Part shown: one piece after another, positions 1 to 13,496 of the stretch | Position numbering within the stretch: position 1 is the stretch's first letter | How the letters are laid out: every line of letters begins with the position of its first letter | From: Mobula hypostoma | Lineage: Eukaryota | Assembly (NCBI RefSeq): GCF_963921235.1 | Contig: NC_086097.1 | Span: 142,354,001 to 142,418,000, forward strand | DNA length: 64,000 nucleotides | Direction: 5' to 3' | Translations under genes and position numbers: made by a program | Notes under the pieces: generated by a model | Seen by the model: the letters and a program-made list of their open reading frames with translations, nothing else | What the model was told of the DNA's origin: nothing | Database searches by the model: none

Positions 1-1530
1 TTCTGATCCCTCTATGAGGATTGGTATATGTTCCTTTGTCTTACCCTTCCTGAAGTCCACAATCAGCTCTTTCGTCTTACTAATGTTGAGTGCCAGGTTG
101 TTGCTGCGACACCACTTCACTAATTGGCATATCTCGCTCTTGTACGCCCTCTCGTCACCACCTCAGATTCTACCAACAATGGTTGTATCATCAGCAACTT
201 TATAAATGGTATTTCAGCTACACCTAACCACACAGTCATGTGTATATAGAAAGTAGAGCAGTGGGCTAAGCACACACCCCTGAGGTGTGCCAGTGTTGAT
301 CATCAGCGAGGAGGAGATGTTATCACCAATCCATACAGATTGTGGTCTTCTGGTTAGTAAGTTGAGGATCCAATTGCAGAAGAAGGTACAGAGGCCCAGG
401 TTCTGCAAATTCTCGGTCAGGATTGTGGGAAAGATGGTATTAAATGCTGAGCTAATGTCGATGAACAGCATCCTGATTATAGGTCTGTGTGTTGTCCAGG
501 TGGTCTAAAGCCATGTGAAAAGCTATTCAGTTTGCATCTACCATTGATCTACTGTGGCGATTGGCAAATTACAATGGGTCCAGGTCCTTGCTGAGGCAGG
601 AGTTCAATCTAGTCATAACCAACCTCTCAAAGCATTTCATCACTGTAGATGTGAGTGCTACTAGGTGATAGTCATTAACGCGGCTCACATTCTTCTTCTT
701 CTTAGCCACTGGTATAACTGTTGCCTTTTTGAAGCAAGTGGGAACTTCCGCCCATAGCAGTGAGAGGTTGAAAATGTCCTTGAATACTCCCGCCAGTTCA
801 CTGGCACAGGTTTTCAGAGCCTTACCAGGTACTCCATCAGGACCTTCCACCTTGTGAGGGCTCACTCTCTTTAAAGACAGCCTAACATCAGCCTCTGAGA
901 CAGAGATCACAGGGTCATCAGGTGCAGCAGGGTTCTTCACAGCTGTAATTATATTCTCCCTTTCAAAGCAGGCATAGAAAGTGTTGAGTTCATCTGGTAG
1001 TTAAGTATCAGGGCAATTTATGCTTTGGTTTCACTTTGTAGGAACTAGTGTCTTGCAAACCCTGTCAAGAGTTGTCGTATATCCAATGTCACGTCCAACC
1101 TCATTCGAAATTGTCTCTTTGCCCTTGAAGCAGCCCTCTGCAAATCATACCCGGTTTTCTGGTACAGGCCTGGATCACCAGGTTCAAATGCCACAGATCT
1201 AGCCTTCAGCAGATGACATACCTCCTGGTTCATCCACGGCTGTTGGTTTGGGACTGTACAGTAAGTCTTCGTAGGCACACACTCATCCACACAGGTTTTA
1301 ATGAAGTTGGTAACAACTGCAACATACTCATCCAGGTTCAAAGATGAATCCCTGAATACAGTCCAGTCCACTGATTCAAAGGCGTCCTGTAGGTGCTCCT
1401 GTCCATACCTTCTTGGTCCCCACTACAGGTGCTGCAGTCTTCAGTCTCTGCCCATACTCGGGCAGTAGAAGTTCAGCCAGGTGATCAGACTTCCCAAAGT
1501 GAGGGCATAGAATAGCACATAGGCATTCAG
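1..1530 (-). mobile_element. Rex1/Babar-type LINE ORF2 fragment (RT), frameshifted; runs off the left edge
   Basis: Minus-strand ORFs carry RT motifs: [53 protein letters not shown]. Confidence 0.88.
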
Positions 1531-3033
1531 CACCATTATGCAATATATTCAATAAAAGTTAATTTCTTGTTTCTCCAAATTCCTACGTCATACAAGTAGT
1601 CTGAAATTATATTTGTGTTCAGCTTCAAGTGCTCTATCATAACCACAAAAACATTCTGAGGAAGCAAAACCTTTGAAAATATTTGCTGTCCAATGCTACT
1701 GCTAACAGTTGCTCACTAGATTTCCATGTGCAGTCTCATTTTTGTATTTGAGTTTTTTTTTTAAGTATTGTCTCTTATTTTTCCTCTGTTGATCCAATTT
1801 TTCTTCTACTCATTGGTGCCAATTATTTTTATTAACTGGATGGAAACTCAAAACTCCAGAGCAAAGCCTAAGTGCTGACCTCAGAACACCTGCACTTTGC
1901 TCGTAGACACTTCAAGATAGCGCAGACTTCCTCAGATTTCACCTTTTTAAAAAAAACAGTGGGCTGCCTTCTAAATGAATGGTATGACATGGCTGTGAGA
2001 ATAGTGGTACATCAATTTATAAATTAATTTAATTTTACTAGTTTAAATGTATTTTAATATCTTCAAATGTTTTGAGAATTTTTCAATGTTATAAACATTT
2101 AATCAACAAAGCTTTGACAGCCAATGAGCCTCAGGGTAAACCGCATCAATTGTCAAAGCCATTATGACAGCACATCTGGCTTGTACACAGAGAAGCCCTG
2201 CACTATGCCGGCTTCCCAAAGACTGCATTAAGGACCACACTGGTTAAAACAGTGTGGTCCAAATGTGGGCGAAGGTGAGTACTTCAGTTGAAGGAACGTC
2301 AAATTATTTCACTTGTTGCACTAGATTTTACATGTGTTTAAATACTTTGAAGCTTGCTGGTTCAATCAAATGCAAAAATTCAAATAGCATTTTGCAACTA
2401 TGGTGTTTTTATAATTTTAAAAATCACTATAATATAAATACTGAAATAAAGGACAATATTTTGTCCCATAGGCTTTAGTCCTCAAAATTGAGCAGCTTTA
2501 TAAATCCTATCAAAGTTTTCTTTCACTTACAATTGAATTCCAGGACAAATACACAAACTACATAATCTTAATACAACATGGTATCATGAGACCTGGTATT
2601 TGCATTATCGAACTCTGTAGCAAACAGATGCAACTCCCAGCATAACAGTTTTCAATTTAGGGCTTGTAGTGAAGGATGAGTCATCAAAAGCACAGAGGAA
2701 TTCAGTAAGCAACATTTCTCTTGATTACAAAAAATTTATAAGAGTTCATGCAAGTAATGTAACAGACATCCAAGTTACACTACAAGATTAGGAGCAGATG
2801 TTCACTATTCATTAGTAGGAAATGATGCTCAGGGCATGATGCCATTTTATACCTTGTAGACTAAACATATAGCCAAGATAAATATTACCAAAATATAAGT
2901 TTGCAAAGAGTAATTTCTGATAAGATATAAGCAGGTATCAGCAAGAAAACACAAAGGTGCCAGATGGTTTTAAAAACCCAATCTGGTTCATTAAATCTTT
3001 TCCAGAGAACACTCCATCTCTATGTGGTCTAAC

Positions 3034-3084
3034 CTTCACATATACTAGTCCTATACGACATAGTGACTCACACATTTCAGCAAA
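3034..3084 (-). CDS. Candidate coding exon of the leftward gene (FAEMCESLCRIGLVYVK)
   Basis: Acceptor tttatctttcctctacag and donor AAG|gttaga; open in phase 0; lies in non-repeat DNA. Confidence 0.25.
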
Positions 3085-3139
3085 CTGTAGAGGAAAGATA
3101 AATTCAATGGTGCAAAGGGGGAAAGAGAATATCAGAGTT

Positions 3140-5520
3140 TTCTGGCACAAGTGGTCACAGAATCACACAGCACAGAAAGAGGTTATTTGGCCCAACTCAC
3201 CCATGCTGACCAGTGGGTACCTTTCCATACCACTCCCAACACACATTACTTGGTTCATAGCTCTCTATGCCAAAGCAGTTCCAGTGCTCAGCTGGGCACC
3301 AATGCTGACAGCAATCCAGCTTCAACTCTCGCAGGTAGTGAATTCCAGGCCTTTAGCTCTCTATAGATGAAAGAGCTGGTGGTGCAACAGCTTCAGCACT
3401 GGACTTCAAGGCAGATGGTCCCGAGTTCAAACCCAGCCAGCTCCCAGCCTGGGTAGCAGCAATATCTGCGTGGAAGAAATGCCTGGCAATCTACTTCTGT
3501 ATCTTGCTATGAAAACCCTATGGTCCATGAGGTCTTGAAGAGTCGGACTCGACTAAACAACTGAACAACAAGGTGAAAGTGTTCCCCTTTATATCCTCTC
3601 TAAATCTCTTCCCCAGTACACCAAGTTTATGTCTTCTAGTTTTGCCTACTTCTGATACGGGGGGGCAGGGGGGAATGTTTCCTACAGTCTATCCATACCT
3701 CAATTTTATATACCTCAATCATCTCTCCTCTTAATTTCCCCTACTCCAAGGAGAACAGTCCAAGCTTCTCCGTCTCTCCTGATAAATGAGCTGCTCCATT
3801 CCAGGCAATATCCTGGTCAATCCTCTTAGCAACCTCTCCAACACTATCAAATCCATTCTCTACCTTAGTGACAACTGCAGACAGTACTCCAGTTGACATC
3901 TGGCAAGGTTTTAGTAAATTGGAGCACAATCTTCCTACTTCTGTTTCAATGTCCCAACTAATGAATCCCGTGTTTTCATAACCACATTATCTACCTGTAT
4001 TTCACCTTCAAGGATCTGTGAACTTTTATTCCAAGATCCTCGTTTGTCTTTAACGCCTTAGGACCTGCATTCATGGTGTACGCTCTACCCTCTAAATACT
4101 CCCAAAATGCATAACTCACATACGACTGGATTAAACTTCATCTACCATTTCCAAGCCCACTTCACCAACATATCATTTTGTCAGAACTAGCCAGAACTAC
4201 CATTCACACAATCAACATCTCTGCCAATCTTTGTGTCATCCACAAACCTTGCCTCCCATATCCACAACCAAGTCATTCATGTATATTATTAACAAGGGTC
4301 CCAGCTGAAATCTGTGTGACATCACTAGTCATATAATCAGAAATATAATCACAGAAACTATCTTCTGCTTCCTTTTGCCAAGCCAATTTTGGATCCAGTC
4401 TGCCAACTTGCCCCAGATCCCTTGACTCAGCTTCCCACAGAGCTTATGAAAGGCAAGTCCATACAAATCATTTAGTGTGCTACCCTCGTCAATACACTAT
4501 TCAATCAAACTGGTCAAACAGGATCTTCCTTTGACAAAATCACATTGACCGTGCCTCATTAGTCTCTGCTGTTCCAAATGATCCTTTACCTCATTTTTTT
4601 TTCTCTCACTATCTACCCCCTCACTGATGTTAAGCTCACAGGTCTACATTTGCCAGGCTCTTCCTTGAAAATGGGAACGAAACTGGTTTTCCCAAATCAT
4701 CTGGTATTTCAGGAATGCAGCAAAGATCTGCAAATCTCAGCCAACAATCTACCCTTGCCTTATATTATCAGCCCTCAATAAATCTGGTCCTGGAAATTCA
4801 TCCACTTTAAGTTTTCCTCTTTATTTTATGGAGGTCTAACCTTTACTTTCACCTACCCCAAACTGAATTCTCCAACTACAAAGTATGTTTTCTTTATGAA
4901 CATCAATGGAAGTATTCATTTAGAACCTTGCCTATATTTTTTAGCTCCAGATTGCCCATTCTCCTTGATTAGCCCTACTTTACCTACTTACTTTTCTTTT
5001 TATTTTCAATATACTTATTAAACATCTTCAGGCATGCCCTTCCTGTCAGTGATTCCTGATAACCCCTCTGAACCTTCTTAATTTTCTTTCGAAGTGTCTC
5101 ACAAGAATTTTTTTTAAAAAACTTTTGACAGGCATTCACTATCATTAGATCATTTGAAGTCACATGCTTCCTCCTTACTTTTTATCTAGTCTTCAATATT
5201 GCTTGACATCCAGGGTTCCTTATACTTGTTACCCCTATCTTTTACCCTAACAGGAACTGAAGCTATTTCCCATTTAAACCTATTTAAATGCTTCCTACCA
5301 GGCAGTGTACATTTGCCTGAAAGTATATACTCCCAACCTACCCTTCACTGTTCCTTCCTTATGTTAATAAAGTGGCCCTCCCTCAATTTAACACTTTCAT
5401 TATTAATCCACTCCTGTCCATAACTACAGTAAAATACATAAAATGATCCCCCATCTCCCAAATGATACATCACTGATATTCCCTCTTCTCAACAAACTAG
5501 ATTCCCCTAAATAAGGTCCA
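3140..5520 (-). mobile_element. Old, degraded CR1-type LINE fragments
   Basis: Reverse-complement CR1-like remnants (KLGLFSLE, primer-grip and 3' end phrases) with many stops and indels. Confidence 0.6.
3373..3571 (+). mobile_element. tRNA-derived SINE with RTE/BovB-type 3' tail
   Basis: A-box-like tggtgcaacagc and B-box gagttcaaacc; 3' end ggtccatgaggtcttgaagagtcggactcgactaaacaactgaacaacaa; flanking near-duplication agatgaaag/aggtgaaag. Confidence 0.75.
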
Positions 5521-5562
5521 GTAATGCTTTCTGCCCCACATTGGTCTATCTACTTACTGTAC

Positions 5563-5923
5563 TTTGCCTGGTGGGGTGGAGATATGTCTCTACCAAAGGA
5601 GGGGTAAGGCACTCCTTTTCTCCACTAGCCTTCAAGTCACTTTTGGGCAAGGTGTAGTGCCTGCTTAGCACTCCCGCACTGATCAGGGTCACATGAAGCT
5701 AAGGTGATGGAGCAGTTGGTGCATATCACATGTCCTGGTTATGTGACTACTGATGCCAAGCCGACAATCTCTGAAGAGTATTGATAATGGCTGGGGTCAC
5801 CTGTCTTGTAAAGACACTGCCCAGAAGGCGGCAATAGCAAACTACTTCTGTAGAAACATTTGCCAAGAACAATCATGGCCATAAAGACCATGATCACCCA
5901 CATCATCCAACATAATGGTGATG
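5563..5923 (+). mobile_element. Non-autonomous element with RTE-type 3' segment
   Basis: gaaggcggcaatagcaaactacttctgtagaaacatttgccaagaacaatcatgg resembles the BovB/Sauria-type RTE tail; ends in a (tga)n-like run. Confidence 0.55.
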
Positions 5924-6599
5924 ACACTACTTTAAAATGCTCCCCCGGCACACTTCAGAAATCCACTTCCCTGAGGCTTTAACACTGAGGCAATCCCAGC
6001 TAATGTTTAGAAAATTGAAATTCCCGTAAAGAATAACCCTAATTCTATTACATCTCTCAAATCTACCCTTCATCTCCTGTTGACTGCTGAGATCTGTAAT
6101 TCATACCCAGCAAAGTGATGACACCCATTTAGGTTCAAGTTCTACCTACAGTATCATTTGAGGGCCTTCTAGGATCTCCTCCCTCAATCCCTTAAGAATC
6201 AAAACAACGTGTCTGTTTAATGTCCAGTCTGGGGCTGGCATCAATTCTGCCTCTTTAGCAAATTAATCTACAGCCCAGTTCAAACATCAAGAATTCTCCT
6301 AGTGCCAACTGTTGTCCAACATTCCTTCTTCAAATACCACAGACCGACATTTCACTGAATGGTTATTGATGGTGCAACCTCCTGTGCACTCATTGCTAAT
6401 TCCATATACTTCAAAATAATTAGTTTGATAACACTTTTATAAATTGCAAAAAAGACTACATAAACAATATACATTATATCTGTTAATAAAACAGACATTT
6501 CTGTAGTGTTTGAAAGCACATTAAAATTTGCTTGGCATTTGCAGTCAAATTCTTTCTGGTTTCATAATGAACAACAGTTGTTCTAGAAAGTATTTTTAC

Positions 6600-6675
6600 A
6601 CTTTGGCAGGGTTGGTCAGATAAAATGGTCCAGAGAATGATTATTGTAATGACTGCCAATAAATAACGTACACTC
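6600..6675 (-). CDS. Candidate coding exon of the leftward gene (SVRYLLAVITIIILWTILSDQPCQS, hydrophobic)
   Basis: Strong acceptor tctacctttttaattctctatag; only one frame open; phase-compatible with the neighbouring candidate exons; donor AGT|gtaaaa is weak. Confidence 0.28.
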
Positions 6676-7587
6676 CTATAGAGAATTAAAAAGGTAGAGT
6701 AAAATTAAAATTTGAGGTAATCGAAAATAACAGAAAAATTCTTCAAGTACTCAACATATGAAAGTGCCAGGTTAACATTTCAAGCAGAGACCTTTCAGGA
6801 ACCTAACAAAGAATCCCACCCAAAACACTAACTGGTCCTTTTCCAGACAATGACAAATATCTTCTATAAAGTTCTAGCTACCACCACCCTTGCACACAAT
6901 GGTTATGTATGAGGTCATGAGGAAATTCCACATTTACCAATCAGAAAATTCATGCAATAGTTTCTGCTTCTGTACATATATTTAACAAATTATACATATG
7001 AACTGAATAGGCTGTTTTACATTACCATCATTCAATCATGTTAATTTAAAAACAGCCCTGGCTAAATTCTATCAGCACGTTGCCTTTGCTACTAGAGGCA
7101 AGAACACACCAATACCAAAGGTCAAGGCACAGCTGAGAGATTAGGATGCTTCCTTCAGATCAAAGTATAAGACAGCTCTTGAGTCAGCAAGAGCTGCATT
7201 TCTGCACCCTCAGAAAGGCAGAACAGAATTATTCACAGAGAATATACAGCCATTTCTGTGCACTAAATTCATGAAGCACATGAGACAGGGCATTCAGACC
7301 AAAACGGACTACAAGTCCATCCTGTACATCAGTGACACTTCTCTTCCTCAGGCTGAATGTCTTTTATGCCCAGTTTGATGCACAGAATGATGTGCCAGCG
7401 AGGAAGGCCTTTCTCGCCCCCTCCCCCTCAAGGAACAGGCACACTGTCCAGTCACCACTGACCCTCAGCAGCTTCAACCCACATTTCACTGTGGGGCATG
7501 ATAATGTTCCCGGTCAGATACGGAGGAACTGTGCAGCCCAGTTAACAAAGATTCTAACAGACATATTCAACAACTCTCTGGAACAGT

Positions 7588-8208
7588 TGAGGAGGAGAAG
7601 ATGGTGGAAGATGGTATCTGTCAAGTAGGGTGCTGTGCACAATCCTGATTCGATGGAGACAGACATGAGAGCGCGGAGGAACATCTGGCGAAACTTCTGA
7701 AATGCTTGTTTCGCTGCCGCTACTGTGTGGTCCTGAATCTTGGGAGGGGAAGACCCCGAGTCCTCAGCTTTGCTTGTTGCTCGGCGGCCGGGGCGGAGTC
7801 AAAGCGCTCGGCAGAGATGGTGCTCGGTGTCGGAGGGCTGGTCGGCGGCTCAAAGTTTTCGGACGGACTCAGGGTCGGCTGTGGTCTGGTGCTTCCAGGG
7901 TGCTGCATCGGCAAGTTTGCGGCGCTGGAGGTTCGTGGCAGGGAGAGTTTCTCTCTTCTACCGTCTGCGTGAGATGATGGGCTGTTGGGACTTTGAGACT
8001 TTTTTTTACCGTGCCCATGGTCTGCTCTTTATCAAATTAGGGTATTGCTTTACACTGTTGTAACTATATGTTATAATTATGTGGTCAGTTTTAGTCTTGG
8101 TCTGTCCTGTGTTTCTGTGATATCATACTGGAGGAACATTATATCATTTCTTAATGCATGCATTTCTAAATGACAATAAACGAGGACTGAGTGTCCTCAT
8201 AATCTAAA
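7588..8208 (+). mobile_element. GC-rich non-autonomous retroposon (same family as 55381-56012)
   Basis: Colinear with 55381-56012; ends aaatgacaataaa...cataatctaa; flanked by aacagt (7582-7587 and 8209-8214). Confidence 0.7.
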
Positions 8209-9260
8209 AACAGTCCACTCACCCTTCAAGCTTCAAGGTAGCCACCATCATCCCAGTGCCACAGAAGATAACAGTAATCTGCCTCAACGACTACTGTCCA
8301 GATGGCACTGGCCTCAATGATAATGAAATGCTTTCAGTGGCTGGTTATGGATCCTTTCCAGTTCACTTAATTGCTGAAATTTGTCCATTGATAACACCAG
8401 AGCCTCTGCACTCCATTTCATCCTGTCCCGACTAGAAAATGGTGCCTCAAAGGCCAAGATGCTGTTTTCTGACCAGAATGGCACTTAATACTATCATCCC
8501 TCAGAAGCTGGTGGGTAAACTGCCCATGTTGGGTCTCAACACCTTTTTTTTCCTGTAACTGGACCCTGAATTTCTTGACAGAAAGGTCACAGTCAGTCCA
8601 TGTTGACAGAAACATCTCTAGCTTCATCACACTGAGCACTGTGCCCTTCAAGGCTGCATGCTCAGCCCACTGTTATTCACACTGTTAGATTCAATTAAAC
8701 CCGAATCATCAAGTTCACTGATGTCACCAGTGGTTGGTCTCATCAACAGTGAGACTGATAGAATGGTGCAAGTACGACTTGAGTCTCAAGAGCAAAGAGA
8801 TGACTGTGCACTTTAGGAAGATCCCGGTTAACCCACTTCTCACTGCACATATTTGGTTCCTTCATGGAGAGAATTAGGACCACCAAGTTTCTAGAAGAAC
8901 ACATAACAGATAATCTCACCTGACCCCTCAACACCACAGCAGTGTCTCCATTTCCCGAGGAGATTGAAGCGAGCGAGGGTCCCCCAACCCCCCCCCCACA
9001 TTCTAACCTTTTTATTTAAAAAACAGGATCACCAACTGCATCACCATCTGGTATGGGAATAGCAAAGTATCTAGCACAAGTCCTCAAAGGATTGAGAAGA
9101 CTGCTGAGAGGATCAGCATGTAGAGATATTTATCAGGGGTAGTACATATGCAGGACCCTTAGCATTGTCAATGATCCCTCCCATTCATATAACAATCGCT
9201 GACACCCTACCATCAGGCAGTAAGTACCATAGCATTAGGACAAGAACTGTTAGAATAGGA

Positions 9261-9420
9261 GCAACACACATTAATCGCTGGAGGAACTCAGCAGGCTGGG
9301 CAGCATCTATGGAAAAAAAGTACAGTCGATGTTTCAAGCCGAAACCCTTGGTTTCGTTGAGTTTCTCCAGCATCGTGTGTGCGTTGCTTGGATTTGCAGC
9401 ATCTACAGATTTTCTCATTT
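9261..9420. mobile_element. Degraded fold-back Penelope pLTR mini-element
   Basis: Inverted arms caacacac..gctggaggaactcagc and gttgagtttctccagc..gtgtgcgttg, then tail cttggatttgcagcatctacagattttctc; imperfect TSD gttagaatagga/gttagatttgga. Confidence 0.65.
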
Positions 9421-10517
9421 GTTAGATTTGGAAACAGCTTCTTCCCTCAGGCCTTAAGGCTACTGAACACTCTGTCACCACCCAGGTTTTTTCAAGTATT
9501 AAGCATGACTAGCATTATACTGTTTACTTTTTAAACTTATGTCATAAATGCATCTTATTATTTGTTAATTTACCAGCAGTGATATTACTGTATGTGTATT
9601 GTGTGCAAGTTGTACGTCCCTGTTGTGCATCCTCATCTGGAAGAACATTGTTTGTTTGGCAGTGTACAGTTGAATGACAATAAACCAAACTTGAACATGT
9701 TGCTGGTTTGTACAATGCCATACAATATCAACAAGCTAAACTGAACTGATCTTCCTGACATACAACTAGTCCTACTTTGGCAATAAAGGTTCTTTACTCA
9801 ATTCCAGAATACACAAGTACAAATCGTGCAATATTTTGCAAATGTGAACCACACTTACTGATCAAAACAGTATATGGGCCACACCTATATAACTTATCCT
9901 GTATCTATTTATAAATAACTTTTATGGATATCACTTGGTTGACAATAAAATCAAATGAATTAGAATAATTTGGTAGAGCAGTGTTAAAATTTATAATGGT
10001 ACTTATAATTTATAAAATTATAATACTATACAAAAGGGATCTTAGTCATAAACTGGTCTATCATCTCCCTGCTGAAAATCAGAGATATTTACATGTTACA
10101 ATTTACTATGCCGGCTGACATTTATTGTCAGAACTCATGATATATGAGACAAAAGCACTTGCCTACTAGAGAGAAAGCAAAAAGAAAAACAAGGAGTCTA
10201 CTGAAGGAAGCTCAGTGGTTCACTCAAAAGAATTGAGAAATAAAAAAAATGAACTAATGTCAAAATTCAGACACCACCAAGGTTCAATGCAGAGGACACA
10301 AGGTAAACCATTAAACCAGATTACAGTAGCTTCAAGCTGGAATCTCAAATACAGTTTTGAGGAAAGGGAAAACAAAACAAGTTAAAGCAGGAGAAATTAG
10401 GATGAACATATGGAAAAGTATTTCTTTATACTTTTACATACAGTGTAGGAGATCATAATTATTAATAAATTTAATCTGGCATAACTAAGAACACGATGTA
10501 AAGGCAACACAACATAC

Positions 10518-10591
10518 ACAGAAGGCTCAGAATAGATGGACAGTAGTTTGAAAGGAGTCATGGGATAAACTAGCAAAGCATCATCACTGAC
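10518..10591 (-). CDS. Candidate coding exon of the leftward gene (VSDDALLVYPMTPFKLLSIYSEPS)
   Basis: Strong acceptor cttgttttctttttcag and donor GT|gtatgt; single open frame. Confidence 0.33.
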
Positions 10592-12041
10592 CTGAAAAAG
10601 AAAACAAGATATTCTTAAACATAGCATTATCTGAAGGATACATATAGGTAATTGTTTAGTAAAGCACAATGCCAGAGATGATCAATAACTCCAAAAGCCT
10701 TTAAACCAATGATAGATGGCTCAAAGCATTTCAGAGATCTGTAACAAGTGACAAGATGAACAGAAAACAGAATACTGAAAACTTTTATGATTTTATACGT
10801 TGTCAGAACCTTTGTTTCCTTGATTGAGAAATTGCTAAAGATTAAGTTGTCAAATATACTACCCAATACAAAGAACTGCTTAGCAGGCAAAAATCATTAG
10901 ATTGGGGGTGGTGGTGAAATGAAATGGAGTTACAGGATTTAATTCTTAGATCTCTGAAGTGCACAGGAAAGTATTGTCTTGTAGGCCATAAGCTTTTTGC
11001 TGGATCTGAGATCTTGACATTCACGCATATTTCCTTAGACAATCAAAGCCTTGCTGGTGCTGTAAAGATAATGATGAATTTTGCCAGAAGACATGGAATA
11101 TAGTCCACATTTCCCAGTGTCTCGTTAGGAACCTTTATGGTCCAGGGCAACAGAGACACAAACTCCTCCGCAGAATAAGAGAAACAATGTCAGTAACCCC
11201 TCACAAAGCAATATTCCCAGCATTCAACTGATCCCGATGTAAAGGCCACATCATTCATTACCTGACAGCAAATTACTTCAACAAAATTCTGAACAGTAAC
11301 ATCAAAAGATTTCCTGGAAACATGGAAAATAATTCAAGGACATTCTCAAAACCCCCAAGAAAATGTATAATATCCCCACTCCCTTCTAATACATCCAAAA
11401 TGCATTGCAGTATTCGGATAGCATCAAGAACGTCAAGTTCATTCAGTGGCAGAGCAGAGAAGCCAACACAAATAGCAAAAGGACTGCAAAACCTAATAAA
11501 CTGCCCACCCACCTTCCTAGCACTGCCTGACCCATCTGCGGCAGAGTCTGTGGATCCAACATTGGCCTCCTAAATCACCTCAAAACTAGTGCAAGCAAGT
11601 CATTCTCAAAAACCAACACGTATGCCACAATTAGCTGCATCAAAATCATTTTCTATTCTGCCCAAAGTCTTAACAATGTTATGTGTCTGTTTACACAATT
11701 CAAAAATCCTTTCTAGTTGCAAATATTGATATACTCATTCCTTTTTTTGCTTATCTAAGTAATCAATAAAGATTGGAAATTGCCAAGGCCCTCCACAAGG
11801 GTGACAATTTTTTTAAAAAGTCTCCTGACTTTGATTGTTATCAATCAAATTCACTTGTGAACTATAGACAGGTGAAGGTTCAGATGTGATTCTACACATT
11901 TACACTTAAGTGAGCAGTAACCACTTGGGCAGAATCCAACAGGTAACTAATATCAGTGGAACTTTAGTGCAAATTACAGTGGTGGGGGGGGGAATAAGAG
12001 GAGAATTGCATATCTTTGCATCTCTAATATAAATCAAAAAG

Positions 12042-12742
12042 TCAGACAGATATACTTTATTGATCCCGAGGGAAATTGGGTTTCGTTACAGCCGCACCAA
12101 CCAAGAATAGAGCATAAATATAGCAATACAAAAACCACAAACAATCAAATAACAAAATGCAAACTATGCCAGATGGAAAATAAGTCCAGGACCAGTATAT
12201 TGGCTCAGGGTGTCTGACCCTCCATGGGAGGAGCTGCAAGTTCGATGGCCACAGGCGGGAACAACCTCCCGTGCCGCCCAGTGTTGTATCTCAGTGGAAT
12301 ATGGCCGAAGACCAACAGTAAAAAGTTCAATATCCAGTCTGCAAACATGTTCGTCGATCGTAATATTACCCAGATTGCACCATCTGTTGTTAACCAGAAC
12401 AGTAAGCACCCAACTCCTTTACGCTTACTGCTCTCAGTGCACTTCCGGTCAGCCCGAACAGTCTGGAAGCCGTCCATGGAGAAGTTTTCATCGGGTATGT
12501 CCTCGTGCAGCCCCGTTCCAGTGAAACACATAACACTGCACTCCCGAAATGTTCTCTGACACCTGGCTAGCGCCGTGAACTCGTCCATTTTATTACCCAC
12601 CGAACTCCTCTTCTCCATAAGTCTCTGTTGTCTCGACCCGGTCCTCCTTCCTTGACTTTGTGATCCCCCTCTGCATCCTCTGTGTGTTTTCCTCCAGATT
12701 TCAGCAGGGGTGTCCACCGCTCTGCTCGCTAAACCGACCAAA
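12042..12742 (-). mobile_element. Internally deleted Rex1-type LINE (APE start fused to the 3' end)
   Basis: SVGNKMDE..VMCFTGTGL..RADR endonuclease motifs joined at ~12290 to an ORF2 C-terminus (LFPPVAIEL), 3'UTR, aataaa and (tctg)n-like tail. Confidence 0.75.
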
Positions 12743-13496
12743 AAATGCTGCAGGATAAACCTCTTTACATTACTGTAGATGGTTAAAACAAATAAAATAC
12801 ATTTACAGAATCATAGAGGTCATTGGGCCAAAGAGAGGTCATTCATCGTATTGAGTCTAGATTAACCCTATACAAGAGCAATCCAGCTGGTCCAACTCCC
12901 CTGTCCTCTACACATAATCCCACATTCCATTTTCTTTTCAAATACTTACCTAACACCTTTGAACTCTGCACTTAATCCACTTCCACAATTGCTTATGTCA
13001 GTGCACTCCAATCCCTAAACACTGGCCGCTTTTATAGAAATTCAGTTTACCAGTATTAATCAAAGTATAAATAAATACTTAAATTGATCATTCAATGTCA
13101 GGAAAATCTTTGCAACATATGGTAATCCAACTTGGGACAAAACACTGGCACCATAAAAGTTTGATCTACTTCTGCTATTTATATTGTTGATACTACTCTT
13201 CTGTAATCAAAGATAAAGACATCTTTGAGAAGAATACCTTCCTGACCAATGCAACTAACAAGTACCAGTTTAACTCAGCTTAGTTACATTACAGATTGAA
13301 TTACTACTAGTAGCACTACCAGTTAATTCTTTTTTTAAAAAAAAAGCTGAATAGTTGCATAGACATTATACAAACATTGAAACTAAGAGTAAGCCTTTCA
13401 GTCGTTCCAACCGTTTCATAACACCTAATCATCCAAATTTAACACTTTTTTTTTGCTTTCTCCACATATCCCCTGAACTTTTTAGCATTAGAACTA

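Larger units (their letters stand above)
7270..9695 (+). mobile_element. Degraded Rex1/Babar-type LINE with two nested insertions
   Basis: RLNVFYAQFD, CAAQLTKILTDIFN and later RT remnants; 3' end with aataaa plus a short-repeat tail. Confidence 0.75.

Noticed and set aside
1800..2500. Possible old DNA-transposon remnant with a short inverted repeat (ctttgaca/tgtcaaag)
   Set aside because: No terminal inverted repeats or TSD could be defined.
5600..5700. HDV-like ribozyme in the RTE-related element (tgggcaa motif)
   Set aside because: I could not build the nested double pseudoknot by eye; it needs a descriptor search on the family consensus.
7702..8063. Cluster of ORFs in several frames
   Set aside because: A by-product of a GC-rich non-autonomous repeat; the frames are not preserved in the 55.4-kb copy.
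9859..9905. Strong minus-strand donor (CA|gtaagt) with a short upstream frame IQDKLYRCGPYTVLI
   Set aside because: The acceptor is weak and the phase does not fit the next candidate exon, so it was left out of the gene model.
10680..11760. Coding-looking + strand tract (possible old L1/Tx1 remnant or exon)
   Set aside because: No diagnostic motif or sustained frame; cannot be assigned without a homology search.
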